A stretch of DNA of 64,000 nucleotides from an uncultured Bacteroidota bacterium (GCA_903916255.1 CAIWVW010000143.1:12589-76588); one strand, 5' to 3'; positions 1 to 12,000 are shown, counted from the stretch's first letter. Numbers and translations: made by a program. The notes: generated by a model from the sequence alone, not told the origin.

Positions 1-427
<427 letters not shown>

Positions 428-495
428 TCAAAGTTATAAATAAAATAATGATTTTGGAGTAACATGTTATCTATCTGTATATGAACAGATAACAT

Positions 496-1416
496 TTAGG
501 CGTCGGATTTTAATTGCTTATCTACTATTTCGAGGCCTTCTAAAAATGAATGAGGCTTATAACTTAGTTCATTAATAGCCTTATCCAAAATAAAACCCGT
601 TCTGAGCGGCCGTTGGGCAGGCTGCCCAAGTGTAGCTGTTTTAGCCGGGTGAATCAGTGATTTATCAAAGTGCCAGAAATCGGCAACTATATTTACCAAT
701 TCAATAATGCTCATGAAATCTTTTCCCGAAATGTGAAAAACACCTGTCGCACCCTTCATTGCAGCCAAAACGCATGCTTCGGCAAGGTCTTCAGATAAGG
801 TTGGTGTGCGGAACTGGTCATCCACTACATTAATGGATTTACCTTTGGAAAGAGAATCTTTCGCCCAAAGTACAATATTACTCCTGCTCATAAAATCAAC
901 CACACCATATACCAGCACAGTACGTATGATGGTCCATTTCAATCCTGATTTTTCGACTAATTTTTCTGATACATATTTTGATTCGGCATAAACAGAATTA
1001 GGTGGGTAAGGTATGTCGGTTTCCCGGTAGGGACCATTCTTCCCATCAAAAATAAAATCGGTGGAAAGGTGGATAAGGTGTGGGGAGCCGGGCAAAATTT
1101 TCATTGTATTAATTAGGTATTCCACTGCATCTACATTTAATTTCCGGCAAGCTTCCCTCTCTGTTTCGCAGGCATCCACATTCGTCATAGCAGCCGTATT
1201 TATAACCACATCGGGCTTATGTTTCAGCAGAATATCTTTCACGGCTTGTTCATCCGTTACATCCATTGCTTCATATATATAACCCGCCTGATGTTTCAGC
1301 CTGTTTTGCCCTTTGGAAGTAGCAATAACTTCTACATCAGATTGCGGCAGAAGCCTGTAAACAAGCTTCTGTCCTAAAAGCCCGTTTGAACCCGTAATCA
1401 ATATTTTTTTTCTCAT
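496..1416 (-). CDS. rfbD: dTDP-4-dehydrorhamnose reductase (RmlD/RfbD family, NAD(P)-binding Rossmann fold)
   Basis: 306 aa. N-terminal KILITGSNGLLG dinucleotide-binding motif. Overall length and motif spacing are typical of RmlD. Confidence 0.7.
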   Translation of the reverse strand: MRKKILITGSNGLLGQKLVYRLLPQSDVEVIATSKGQNRLKHQAGYIYEAMDVTDEQAVKDILLKHKPDVVINTAAMTNVDACETEREACRKLNVDAVEYLINTMKILPGSPHLIHLSTDFIFDGKNGPYRETDIPYPPNSVYAESKYVSEKLVEKSGLKWTIIRTVLVYGVVDFMSRSNIVLWAKDSLSKGKSINVVDDQFRTPTLSEDLAEACVLAAMKGATGVFHISGKDFMSIIELVNIVADFWHFDKSLIHPAKTATLGQPAQRPLRTGFILDKAINELSYKPHSFLEGLEIVDKQLKSDA

Positions 1417-1473
1417 GGTTTGTTTCTGCTGCCAAAATTAACAATTGCCACTATATGGCTGACCTTTTTAAAA

Positions 1474-2640
1474 CTATTCAGCAAGGTTTTCAGCGGAAGA
1501 GCCTTCCTGTAAAGAGAAATTCTTTGTCATCAATTCCCACATAATTTTAATCCAAACCAGCACACACGGAATCACACATACAAAGTTAGGAGTAAAATAT
1601 TTATCCCTGAATGGTTTAGGGAAAACATCGGTTGGTTCTAATACAGTAAACACTAAAACCATAAATAATAATATAGTATTCAATTTATTGGGTGCCTGAA
1701 TAAAGTACCATATTGCCACACCGCAAATAGCTATTATATAACCTGGGGCTTCTGCTTTATGATTAAAGATGATAACCCATATTAATATTGAAGCAAGGAA
1801 TAACATTTGAAATAAATGGTTTGCGTATGCCTTGTACCTTATTAGTGGTAATACCAGAAACACAGCTCCTGCATAAAGTTCTGCATTTTTATTGGTAAGC
1901 CCAAACCATGAATGCATGAGGCCGAAAAAAGATATCCCCAACGAACTGTCGTGGTCATTTTTTAATAGCAGAAACCAGCTTTTATATTCACCTGCTAAAC
2001 CGTAAGGAGATATTACTAATAAAGGAAGAATGAATATCAGTATAAACCACATTACAGAATAACCCAACGCTTTTAGTTTCTCGGGATAAAATAAAAATAG
2101 GGTAAAGGCAACAAGACCGAAAGGTTTTATAAATATGGATAGCACCACAAAAAAAGTCGCCCAAAGCAGCTTTTTCTTTTCAAGGCATATATATGTAATT
2201 ATCAATAATCCTGCCATTATGCAATTACTTTGTGTAGCCACCAAGGATGTGAGTGCTTCTATTAAAATAAAGCCCATTGCAAGGAGCATTCTTTTATCAT
2301 TTCGAAAAGAAAAATTACGGAAGGCGTAAAAAACTACCAGCAGGTTCAAAACATTCCATGCAATAAGCCCCAAAAACTCCGGCAAATAGGCAAATGGCAC
2401 CATGAACATAGCAAATGACGGGGAATACTTGAATAAATCATTGTATTCATTGGGGTATAGAATATAAAGGTCATTATGTTGTAAAAGATGCCGAAAGGAT
2501 TGCCTGAAAATTAAGAAATCGTTGTAATTGGTATGAAATGAACCCTTGTGCGGTGCCAGGTAATACAACCATAATGATAATACAATGGCGATAAGCGATA
2601 CCAGCCCGTAAAACAAATAATTGTTTCGTAATACTTTCAT
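1474..2640 (-). CDS. Polytopic integral membrane protein; possibly a GT-C/DUF2029-type glycosyltransferase or polymerase. Function uncertain.
   Basis: 388 aa, about 10-12 hydrophobic segments, no soluble domain recognised. Confidence 0.35.
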   Translation of the reverse strand: MKVLRNNYLFYGLVSLIAIVLSLWLYYLAPHKGSFHTNYNDFLIFRQSFRHLLQHNDLYILYPNEYNDLFKYSPSFAMFMVPFAYLPEFLGLIAWNVLNLLVVFYAFRNFSFRNDKRMLLAMGFILIEALTSLVATQSNCIMAGLLIITYICLEKKKLLWATFFVVLSIFIKPFGLVAFTLFLFYPEKLKALGYSVMWFILIFILPLLVISPYGLAGEYKSWFLLLKNDHDSSLGISFFGLMHSWFGLTNKNAELYAGAVFLVLPLIRYKAYANHLFQMLFLASILIWVIIFNHKAEAPGYIIAICGVAIWYFIQAPNKLNTILLFMVLVFTVLEPTDVFPKPFRDKYFTPNFVCVIPCVLVWIKIMWELMTKNFSLQEGSSAENLAE

Positions 2641-2696
2641 AATGGAAGTGATTGGGGTTTGATTATTTGGTGCAAAAATATCCGATTAAACGTTAC

Positions 2697-4073
2697 TTAT
2701 TTACCGATGCAAAATTTTCCGAAAATATTTCCAAGCAAATCATCTGTCGTTATCTCTCCTGTAATTTCTCCAAGATGGTTCAAAGCCGAGCGAATATCAG
2801 ATGCGACAAGTTCTCCCGATAATTTATTTTCAATGCCGGTTTTAGCTTTCTGCAGGTTTTGAAGTGTTGATTTAAGTTCCTCGTAATGACGGATATTACT
2901 TAGTATAACTCCGTCATTAATGTTATTTCCCTGCACAACCGTTTCAAATAGATTTTTCTTTAACACATCAATTCCATAGCCGCTTTTGGCAGATATAAGT
3001 TGCAGCTTCTTTATGTTGCTGAATTTACCTGAATAGATTTTCTTTTCCGCCAGGTCCACTTTATTTGCAACAGGCAGAATTGGAATTTCGCCGTTTGTTT
3101 TGAACTTATCTATATCTTCAATAACTTCACTTGCCGATATATTTTCAGCATCAAAAAGATACATAACTATTGATGCCTCTTCTATTTTCCGCATAGTGCG
3201 CTCCACCCCTTGCTTCTCTATTGTATCTTCGGCTTTACGTATTCCGGCAGTATCAGTCAGTCGAAAGGCAATGCCATTAATCACAAGTGTTTCTTCAATA
3301 GTGTCTCGTGTTGTTCCCGGTATGTCGCTCACTATAGCGCGTTCTTCATTCAGCAAGGTATTTAGCAGAGTCGATTTACCGGCATTAGGCCGGCCGGCTA
3401 TAACCACTGACACTCCATTTTTCAACACATTCCCTAAACGGAAAGATTCACAAAGTCTTTCGATTTTTGTTTGCATTTTATCTAAAAGCCCCAATAATTG
3501 CGGTCTGTTTGCAAACTCGACATCTTCTTCACTAAAGTCCAGTTCCAATTCTATAAGCGAAGCAAAGTGCATTAATTCTTCCCGCAATATTTTAAGTTCA
3601 CCTGAAAACCCGCCGCGCATTTGGTTAATGGCCAAATGATGCGCAGCCTTTGTTTCTGAAGCTATAAGGTCGCTTACGGCCTCCGCTTGCGAAAGGTCGA
3701 AACGGCCATTTAAAAATGCACGCATGGTGAACTCCCCCGGTTTTGCAAGTCGTGCGCCTTTGCTTAAAAGAAGTTGTAAAACCTTTTGTAAAATATAGGG
3801 CGAACCATGACAGGAAATTTCCACCACATCTTCACATGTAAAAGAATGAGGAGCCTTGAAAAGGCCTGCAACAGCTTCGTCCAGCACTTCATCACCGTCT
3901 TTTATTATACCGAAATGCATAGTGTGCCCGGCAGCGCCTGTCAGCTTTATTCCAGGCAGTATTTTTTCACTGATAGGAATTGCCTCAGCCCCTGAAACCC
4001 TTATTACGCCTATAGCCCCTACCCCATTAGGGGTTGATAATGCAACTATTGTATCGCCTGTAACTAAATTCAT
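2697..4073 (-). CDS. mnmE: tRNA modification GTPase MnmE (TrmE)
   Basis: 458 aa. N-terminal DTIVALSTPNGVGAIGVIRVSG, G-domain motifs GRPNAGKSTLLN and DTAG, and the C-terminal CIGK hallmark. Confidence 0.9.
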   Translation of the reverse strand: MNLVTGDTIVALSTPNGVGAIGVIRVSGAEAIPISEKILPGIKLTGAAGHTMHFGIIKDGDEVLDEAVAGLFKAPHSFTCEDVVEISCHGSPYILQKVLQLLLSKGARLAKPGEFTMRAFLNGRFDLSQAEAVSDLIASETKAAHHLAINQMRGGFSGELKILREELMHFASLIELELDFSEEDVEFANRPQLLGLLDKMQTKIERLCESFRLGNVLKNGVSVVIAGRPNAGKSTLLNTLLNEERAIVSDIPGTTRDTIEETLVINGIAFRLTDTAGIRKAEDTIEKQGVERTMRKIEEASIVMYLFDAENISASEVIEDIDKFKTNGEIPILPVANKVDLAEKKIYSGKFSNIKKLQLISAKSGYGIDVLKKNLFETVVQGNNINDGVILSNIRHYEELKSTLQNLQKAKTGIENKLSGELVASDIRSALNHLGEITGEITTDDLLGNIFGKFCIGK

Positions 4074-4170
4074 TTTAATATTTCAGCGTAAAAATAGGCA
4101 AATACAAACTAGGGAAAATAAAAAAGCGGAGAAAATCTCCGCTTTTCAAAGTGTTTTTATTGGTATTTTA

Positions 4171-6465
4171 TTATTCTACTGCCAATCTTCCGGTAGAAAT
4201 TGCATCGCCTGTTTCTGAAAAAATTCTATAGATATAAATACCTTTAGATTGTGAGTAAAGGTCTATAGGTGTATTTCCATTTTTCAATGAAGACATATAC
4301 ACTTCCTGACCAAGAACATTATATATTTTTACATATGAATTACCCGAAACATTTGCAAGTCCAATAATAAATTGCCCGTTATTTGGGTTAGGATACACGT
4401 TAACCGATGGCTTTGCAGATAAAGCGGGAACTGAAGTGGGCACACCCAGTATATTTATATTATCGATGTACATGGCTGCACCATTGCCAGAAAGGTTTTC
4501 GAAAGAAAACATTACGTTGGCTGCCCCGGCTATTGCAGGTATATGAATTGTGTCCGTCCTCCAATTATTGCTGGCCGGAACAAAAATACCATTAGCATTT
4601 GTATCAGCCCCGCTGGAAACCATATTTCCGGTGGTACCTAAAGTCATACCACCTTTTTGGTAAACCATATGAAATGTAGCTCCGCAATCGGTAGAGTAAT
4701 AAATTTGAAGTGTATCGCTAAACGCGCTACTGAAAGGAGCATACGCCACATCAAAATAAATTTCCGGTTTTGTTGTATTCGTAAAATTATATTCCGGCGT
4801 ATAGATTTGCTGCCTTTGGCCAATTACATCAACAGCAGGCTTTCCGGGCGGAGTAACCCAAAGGCCGGTATATATAGTATTATAGTCGGCAATCACCTGG
4901 GTGTTGTTAAATACCATGCACTGGGTACTTGCGCCATATCCTCCTACATTATTACTCAATTGCCATGTATAGCTGAAATCATTGGGATTGTTTAGTACCC
5001 ATCCAGCAGGCGGGAAAGTAGCTGACTGGAAATTTTGAACCATTGGCAGTGTTCCCGTCGTAGCCACAGAAATATATGCCTTCCTAACTACTGTATCTGT
5101 TCCATTAATATTGGCAATTATTTCTGTAACATCATAAGTTCCGGGAGTATTATAGGTAACCTTAGGATTAGGGGAAGGAGAAGTGGAAGGGTTTCCTCCC
5201 GGAAAAATCCAGTTGTATGACGTAATTGGAGAATTTGAAATGCTGGAATCCTTGAAATTTACTATTAAGTTTCCGCAACCGAAAGTTGGGGATGCCCCAA
5301 AATAGGCTGCTACAGGAGCGGGTTCTATACCTATTACTGCTTCATCCCACCAATCAAAATTATATCCGCTCACCATTACTGCATTAGGCGCAAAGTAGCC
5401 GTTGCTTGAACCACCCCATCCCCAATTCATATGAAAATTATTATTAACATCATACCCGTCGCAAACCCAAGTGTGCCCTGCATTATTTACTGAGTCGTTT
5501 CCAACATATTGAACTGGCCTGTTATTATTTAATTCATTTTCTATTAAGAGTATCCAGTTTGGCAAGGTGTAATTTGATTTGTAAACACCTTGTATAGTTT
5601 TGGCATTGTATCCAAAATATTTCACATAAGAATTCTGGGAGCAAACAGGGTAGTCCCCGTCAATCACCCATGCTCCACTCTCGTATGTATTATAATTCAT
5701 ACAAACACTCACACCACAATCGTACATCAGTTTTGCAACTTCATTATTCGTACCGGTTACATTATAAGGCATAGCCGACCAAACATAATTGGAAGTATCA
5801 TAATTAGCAGCAAGATACCCGAAATTGCTCCAGAATCCGTCAGCTGATAATTCATAATATCCGCTGTAACCGCGGCCATGTGAAGGATACGACCAATATC
5901 TCATTATTTGTGCCATTGCACAAGCTACGCATCCAGTAACGGAACCTCCGGGGCACATATCATTATAATATGGTGATTGATTCCAAGTACTTTGTGTTAA
6001 TGGCAGCACACTGGACATAGTGACATGCCTTTTAATTTCTGTATTATTGACATACGCATTCCATTCTTCAGCAATATCGTTGGTTGCCGATATACCTTTT
6101 ATTCTTGCCATTTCAATTTCTTGTTTTCGGCAGTTCATCCACCAGGCAACATTATTAGTAGTATTTGCAGGAACTACATATTGCCCTTTATTTGAGTAGC
6201 CAAGTATGGGATGGGCAGCATCTTCACCAGCTACGATAATGAAACCATCATTCGAATTAACATTATAAACATAATACGCAGGCTGCCCGTCTTTTGCATA
6301 TTCCGTGTATATAAGACTCAGGTTCGGAGTTACCGATTTAAAGTTCAAGCCGTAAAAATTAGTGGCAACTATTTTTGCAGTTTGCTGAGAAACGGGATTG
6401 GCACTTATAGAAATGAAGAATGAGCAATTAAGAATTATAAATAAAGCGCCGAGTAATTTTTTCAT
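4171..6465 (-). CDS. Secreted streptopain-like cysteine peptidase (family C10) with a PKD-like domain and a T9SS C-terminal sorting domain
   Basis: Signal peptide. Catalytic-Cys context CVACAMAQIMRYW. The C-terminus (...YPNPNNGQFIIGL...IYNVLGQEV...) matches the type-A T9SS CTD pattern. Confidence 0.8.
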   Translation of the reverse strand: MKKLLGALFIILNCSFFISISANPVSQQTAKIVATNFYGLNFKSVTPNLSLIYTEYAKDGQPAYYVYNVNSNDGFIIVAGEDAAHPILGYSNKGQYVVPANTTNNVAWWMNCRKQEIEMARIKGISATNDIAEEWNAYVNNTEIKRHVTMSSVLPLTQSTWNQSPYYNDMCPGGSVTGCVACAMAQIMRYWSYPSHGRGYSGYYELSADGFWSNFGYLAANYDTSNYVWSAMPYNVTGTNNEVAKLMYDCGVSVCMNYNTYESGAWVIDGDYPVCSQNSYVKYFGYNAKTIQGVYKSNYTLPNWILLIENELNNNRPVQYVGNDSVNNAGHTWVCDGYDVNNNFHMNWGWGGSSNGYFAPNAVMVSGYNFDWWDEAVIGIEPAPVAAYFGASPTFGCGNLIVNFKDSSISNSPITSYNWIFPGGNPSTSPSPNPKVTYNTPGTYDVTEIIANINGTDTVVRKAYISVATTGTLPMVQNFQSATFPPAGWVLNNPNDFSYTWQLSNNVGGYGASTQCMVFNNTQVIADYNTIYTGLWVTPPGKPAVDVIGQRQQIYTPEYNFTNTTKPEIYFDVAYAPFSSAFSDTLQIYYSTDCGATFHMVYQKGGMTLGTTGNMVSSGADTNANGIFVPASNNWRTDTIHIPAIAGAANVMFSFENLSGNGAAMYIDNINILGVPTSVPALSAKPSVNVYPNPNNGQFIIGLANVSGNSYVKIYNVLGQEVYMSSLKNGNTPIDLYSQSKGIYIYRIFSETGDAISTGRLAVE

Positions 6466-6676
6466 ATTTTTTTGTTTTTCTACCGATTACATATTAATCG
6501 ATATACAAATATATGAAAAGAACTGAATATCGGTTTTATTGATAGTTTTCTATGATGGGAGTGGCATCATAATTGCTTCGAATATAAAGGGTATATCTTG
6601 ATATTGGCCATAAATGGAGTTCCTGGTAATAATGCTTTAATCCATTGGAAAAAATTTACAACTGTTTAATAAACCA

Positions 6677-8929
6677 TTATTTGTATTCATAAACAATAAT
6701 TACACCGGAAGTTCCGTTTCCGCCTGCCTGAGCCCCGTTATTACCGCCGCTGGTCCATGTGCTTATAGCTCCGCTACCGCCCGAGCCATAACCGGTTCCG
6801 CTGTTGCCCGCCTTAGAAAGATTAACTATATAAGGAGATACACCACCTTGACCAAGTGGGCCGGAACCTCCGATACCTGAACATACTGCAGGACTGGAGG
6901 AGTTCACATATATAACACCGTTACTTCCCGAATTTCCCGGAATATTAACGGTGCCCCCACCGGCAGTGCCACCCGCCCCGCCGGCATTATAAAATATCCC
7001 TACGGTAGCAGTACAACCGCCACCACCACTACCGCCGCCGGCAGAAACTGTTCCATTGAATGTACTGGAACCACCCGCACTGCCAGGGTTGGCTCCTGCT
7101 ACACCGCCGGTTCCGGCTGCACCTACAGTAACCGGATAAGAGGCTGCCACACTTGCCACATAGTATTCGCAATAACCACCCGCACCGCCGCCGCCACCTG
7201 CCAAAGCATCTTCAATGGATGCAGAAACAGTAGCAGCAACGCCACCACCACCTCCACCTCCTCCAACAATTTTAACAAGTATACTTTTTGTTCCGGCAGA
7301 TGGGGTGTACGTTCCACTGGAAGTTAGAACTACAACATTATTGAGAGCACCAATAGACTGCCATGCCATGCCGGTAGCGGTTTGGGTAAGCACCTGTCCA
7401 TTTGTAGCCGAAGGCGCCAGTGCCTGAATATCTCCGGTTGTATTATTGGTGAACACCAGGCTTGCGGCAGCCGTAGGGGCTGTGACTGTTGAATAGTAAG
7501 TGTTACCTGCTTGAATGGCATCTATTCTAACCGTACTGGTTGTTGATGCCACCTCCAATAATTGGGCAGGTGTAAGAGTACCAATACCAACCTGACCTGT
7601 CTGTCGGATTACCATCCTATTTGCAAATCCGGTATAAAAATCAAGCCCATACTGATTTCCGCCTGCGGTGCGTTTTGAAGCAAGTCCTTCTCCGCTATTT
7701 AAGCCAAATGCTAATCCGTTTCCGGTAGTAAGGTTATTGTCAAGAAATCCGTTATTTACATTTGCCTGGTCAACGTTAAATCCATTAATAACTGAAACCT
7801 GCCCCGGCTGCGTGCCTGAACTCATATTCGCAATGTTCATTGCCAATGCGTAACCTGTATAAAATTGCAGCCCCCATTTTTCATATCCGGTTGAACTATT
7901 CTGATTGCAGGCTATTCCTTGTCCGCTGGAACTTCCAAAAGTTAACCCGTTGCCTGTTGTAAGGGCATTATTAAGAAATCCATTATTCGCATTTGCCTGA
8001 TCAATATTTTGCCCGTTCTCAACACTTACGTTCTGTTGCGGATTAACTGTTCCAATACCCATAAGGCCCGCAGAAGTCCATGTAGTAACTACGCTGCTTG
8101 CGTAGTTGGCAATATTAAAATGATTACCTCCTAAACCATAACTCCCGGCTCCAATGTTCCATAAATTGCTGTTTCCATTGGTAGATGCAGCCACATCACC
8201 AAAAGCAGTTACCCCGCTGATAAATTGCATGCTTGCCTCCCCATTGCTTACCGGGTTCCCAATCTGAATTTGCCCGAAAAAATAGTCTTGGGAGTAAACA
8301 GATAACTTTCCGGTTGTGGTAGCTGAATTTCCGACTTGCAGCATAGTGGTAGGATTAGTATTTGACACCCCTACATTTCCGGTGGCATTGGAAATTCGCA
8401 TCCTTTCAAATCCGTCAGCAGCCATAACAAAATCGGAAGTATTCGTTGTACCAATAAAATTATTATTGGCAGCAGTGCCTATAGCCGAAGAGGAGGCCGT
8501 AATGGCTGCATTCCCCATCACTGTCCATCCAAGTGCAGTACTGCCCGACCCGGTTAGAACTAACTGCCACTTTGTGCCGTCCCAGTAATAATATCCTGGA
8601 ACTACGTTATTGGGTGAAGTACCCGCTGTTGCTGTATTGTAAACAATTAATCCTGCTGATGGTGCAGCAATTGGGGCAGAAGCATTGGTAGCTGTAAGTG
8701 CTGTATAAGGCGCTAAAAAACCCGTTGTTCCATTAGTAAGGTTATTGCTAAGGTCGAGTAATACAGAGGAATTTACGGGTGCCGCACCCGTCGTGTTAAT
8801 TGCTATATTCTGTGCCTTCAGGTCCTTTGCAAAAAGGAGAAGGAGGGGAATCCATAAGTTGCGGATATCTAATCTATTCAAATATCTTAAGTCCATTTTA
8901 TCTTGCAGGTTAGACAGATTGTTATCCAA
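6677..8929 (-). CDS. Glycine-rich secreted/surface protein (tail-fibre-like) with an internal tandem repeat and a C-terminal Gly-rich domain. Function unknown.
   Basis: 750 aa. Two consecutive 70-80 aa repeats (aa about 301-450). C-terminal about 200 aa dominated by G/S/A/T, including a G8 run. Confidence 0.55.
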   Translation of the reverse strand: MDNNLSNLQDKMDLRYLNRLDIRNLWIPLLLLFAKDLKAQNIAINTTGAAPVNSSVLLDLSNNLTNGTTGFLAPYTALTATNASAPIAAPSAGLIVYNTATAGTSPNNVVPGYYYWDGTKWQLVLTGSGSTALGWTVMGNAAITASSSAIGTAANNNFIGTTNTSDFVMAADGFERMRISNATGNVGVSNTNPTTMLQVGNSATTTGKLSVYSQDYFFGQIQIGNPVSNGEASMQFISGVTAFGDVAASTNGNSNLWNIGAGSYGLGGNHFNIANYASSVVTTWTSAGLMGIGTVNPQQNVSVENGQNIDQANANNGFLNNALTTGNGLTFGSSSGQGIACNQNSSTGYEKWGLQFYTGYALAMNIANMSSGTQPGQVSVINGFNVDQANVNNGFLDNNLTTGNGLAFGLNSGEGLASKRTAGGNQYGLDFYTGFANRMVIRQTGQVGIGTLTPAQLLEVASTTSTVRIDAIQAGNTYYSTVTAPTAAASLVFTNNTTGDIQALAPSATNGQVLTQTATGMAWQSIGALNNVVVLTSSGTYTPSAGTKSILVKIVGGGGGGGGVAATVSASIEDALAGGGGGAGGYCEYYVASVAASYPVTVGAAGTGGVAGANPGSAGGSSTFNGTVSAGGGSGGGGCTATVGIFYNAGGAGGTAGGGTVNIPGNSGSNGVIYVNSSSPAVCSGIGGSGPLGQGGVSPYIVNLSKAGNSGTGYGSGGSGAISTWTSGGNNGAQAGGNGTSGVIIVYEYK

Positions 8930-9040
8930 TTAAAATATTATCGCAAAATTATTCCACAGTACAGTAAGCCCCAATACACATAATGATGTGAATGGAAAAG
9001 CAAACTGCAATAAACTGCACAGTGCTTAATTATCCTAATA

Positions 9041-12000
9041 TTGCACAAAACTGCAATAGTGTTTAAAAGAATAAAACGCATATATGCCATTTCCCTGCTG
9101 CTTTTATTAAGGTTTATTTCCTATGCCCAGGAAGATATCCGGTTTAACCACCTTACAATAGAGGACGGATTGCCAAGTAATAATATCAATTGCATGCTTC
9201 AGGACAAGCAAGGATATATTTGGTTTGGCACCAAGGGAGGATTAGCAAGATATGATGGGAATAGTATACAGACTTTTGTTCATGCTGAAAACGATTCCGC
9301 TTCCATCTCCAATAATCAGATAGAGTGCCTTTATGAAGATAACCAGAACAACATGTGGATTGGCACTTATTTTGGCCTCAGCAAATACAATTTCTTAAAA
9401 AAGGACTTTACGAATTATTATTTCGATAAGTGGTCAACCAGTATGGAAGCCAGCCTGATTACAAGTATAATGCAGGACAATAAGGGTATGTTATATATTG
9501 CAACCGGTACAGGTATTTTCAAAGCCGACCCTACAAATCCACATTTTACATTAATGAAATCCTTCAGTGAAGACCATTATGGCTTTCTTATACATGGAAT
9601 GACAAGCACTTCGAAAGGAAGAATATTTATTCTGATGGATACAGCCTTGCTTTATTCGGATGATTATTGCAATTCTCTGAAAACAGCTGTTAATTATTCT
9701 ATTAGCGGAAAACTCTATTTTTCCGAACTCTACTATGACAAAAGTGACGAACATTTATGGTTTGGTATTTATGGCCAATCGATAGCTTATGAATTTAATA
9801 CACACACATTTGGAATAAAAAAATATTCTTTGGAATCCTCCTCTTCGTTCAAGGCTAACTATGCAGCCTATGACTTTTGCAGGCTGAACGACTCCATTAT
9901 GCTGGCAGGCTGTCTTTTTGGCCATACCAAAGGTGGTGGCGGAGTAATATTTTTGAATACAAAAAGAGATACCTATTTAAGTTATATTCATCAAATTGAA
10001 AATCCATTCAGTATGTCAAACGGCAATGTATGGTGTTTAATGAAAGACTGTCAAAATACATTTTGGATTGGCACAGATGAAGGCATAAACAATTTCAATT
10101 TGCAACAATTGAATTTTCATTGGACTTCAACTGATAATTGCGGGATAAAGGGGCTGAATGATTTCACCATAGGACAACTTTGCTATAACGGAAATCTATG
10201 GATTGGAGCTTTTGGCGATGGACTTGTTGAGTACAACGTTTCGAACCATACTTTTTCATTGTATAAACCACCCTTATTGCAGGATATAAAAGATAGAGAT
10301 TATGTATTCTCTATGTTTCTGGATAATAATACTATATGGCTTGGCGTTGGAAAGGGAATTATGCGTTTCGATATTACTAACCGCAAGTTTGATACAATGA
10401 AACTAGCAGTTCCCGAACTAAAAGAACTCTATATTTCTTCCACGAGAGGTATAGGTAAGGATAATGAAGGAACTTACTGGTTTGGCACTTATAGTTCCGG
10501 TGTATTCAGTTATAACCCGTCTACAGGAAAAGGGACTAATTATCTTAACAGGAAAATAAATTTTACAACTAAATACAGAAACTATATAAGATGTATGAAT
10601 GTTGATAAGGAAGGGACTAAATGGGTTGGGACTTATGATGATGGTTTTTACCGTATTGATGCAGTTACTAACCGGATTAGCTGGAATATACCTGACGATA
10701 AAAAAGCTGAAGTGATGCAACGGGGATGGATAAATGATATATGTTGTGACTCTGGGGGAAACACATACATTGCCACCCAGGGGGATGGATTGATTATTTA
10801 CGAAGCTAAAACAAAATCATTCCGGACAATGAGAAACCCGAGGTTAACTGAGGATAATAAAATAAATAAAATTGTAGAATATACTAAAGGGCACTTGTGG
10901 CTTGCAACGGGGAAAGGGCTTTCATGCTGGGATTTAAATAACAGTATTTTTCTGAATTATCCTGAAGGAAAGCGATTGGCAAATATGGTTAGTGTTGCCG
11001 GTTGTATCTCGCCTAATGGAATTGTCTATTTTGGAGGAGGAAATGAACTGCTTTATTTTAACCCTGATAAATTAACCGAAACCTCACCATACATACATCC
11101 CGATGTAACCTCCCTGAGTGTAATGAATAAAGACTATATCTCCGATATTAATAAGCCCCTGTCTTTAACCTATAAGGATAATTACGTTTCATTTACATTT
11201 TCTGCATTTGATTTTCTCAATGAAAAAGGAGACCGGTTCGCCTATTACCTGGAAGGGTTTGATAAAGACTGGAATTATTGCAATAACAGGCATTTCGCCA
11301 CCTATACCAATCTGCCCGGAGGAAATTACACTTTTCATTTAAAGGCGCAGAATTCTGCCGGGGAATGGATAGAATCTGCGCATCCGGTTATTATGAATTT
11401 CAGCTCTCCATATTATAAGAAATGGTGGTTCTTCCTGTTGTGCAGTTTAGCCATTTTTATTTTAGGGTACCTTTTATATTATGCACAAATTCAAAGCGAG
11501 TTGGAGGCTGTCAGGCTAAGGGCAAGATTAGCCAGAGATTTGCACGATGACGTGGGCTCCTCACTCAGTTCCATTTCAATTATAAGCAGCATGGCAACAA
11601 AAAAACCTCAACATTCTCCGGAAGATGCGAAAAGGCTATTTACTAAAATATCGGAAACCTCACAAAGAACATTGGATTCAATAAGTGATTTAGTTTGGAC
11701 GTTGGACCCTGAGAACGATTTGATGCAAGATTTGTTTATGCGGATGCGCTTATATACTTCCGAGATACTGGAAGCAAAAGAAATTATGTATGAATTTAAT
11801 GTGGCGCAAGAGACAGAATTGGTTAAAATGACAATGGATAAAAGAAAAAATATTTACCTGATATTTAAAGAAGCTATTAATAACATTGTTAAATATTCTA
11901 AATGCACGCAAGTTCTGATAAATGTGAAACTGGTTAATAATACAATGGAATTCGAAATAGCGGATAATGGAATCGGCTTTACAGAAGGACATACTGAACA

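Noticed and set aside
3100-3639. 179-aa ORF on the + strand
   Set aside because: It is fully antisense to the well-supported mnmE gene and is Ser/Ile-rich and low-complexity. It is a typical shadow ORF. The same applies to 29493..30005 inside valS, 16470..16796 and 17334..17648 inside the OMP gene, and the other short antisense ORFs in the track.
7215-7427. ORF on the + strand encoding a PPPPPPPPP-containing peptide
   Set aside because: It is the antisense image of the GGGGGGGG codon run in the glycine-rich gene (6677..8929 -). It has no independent support.
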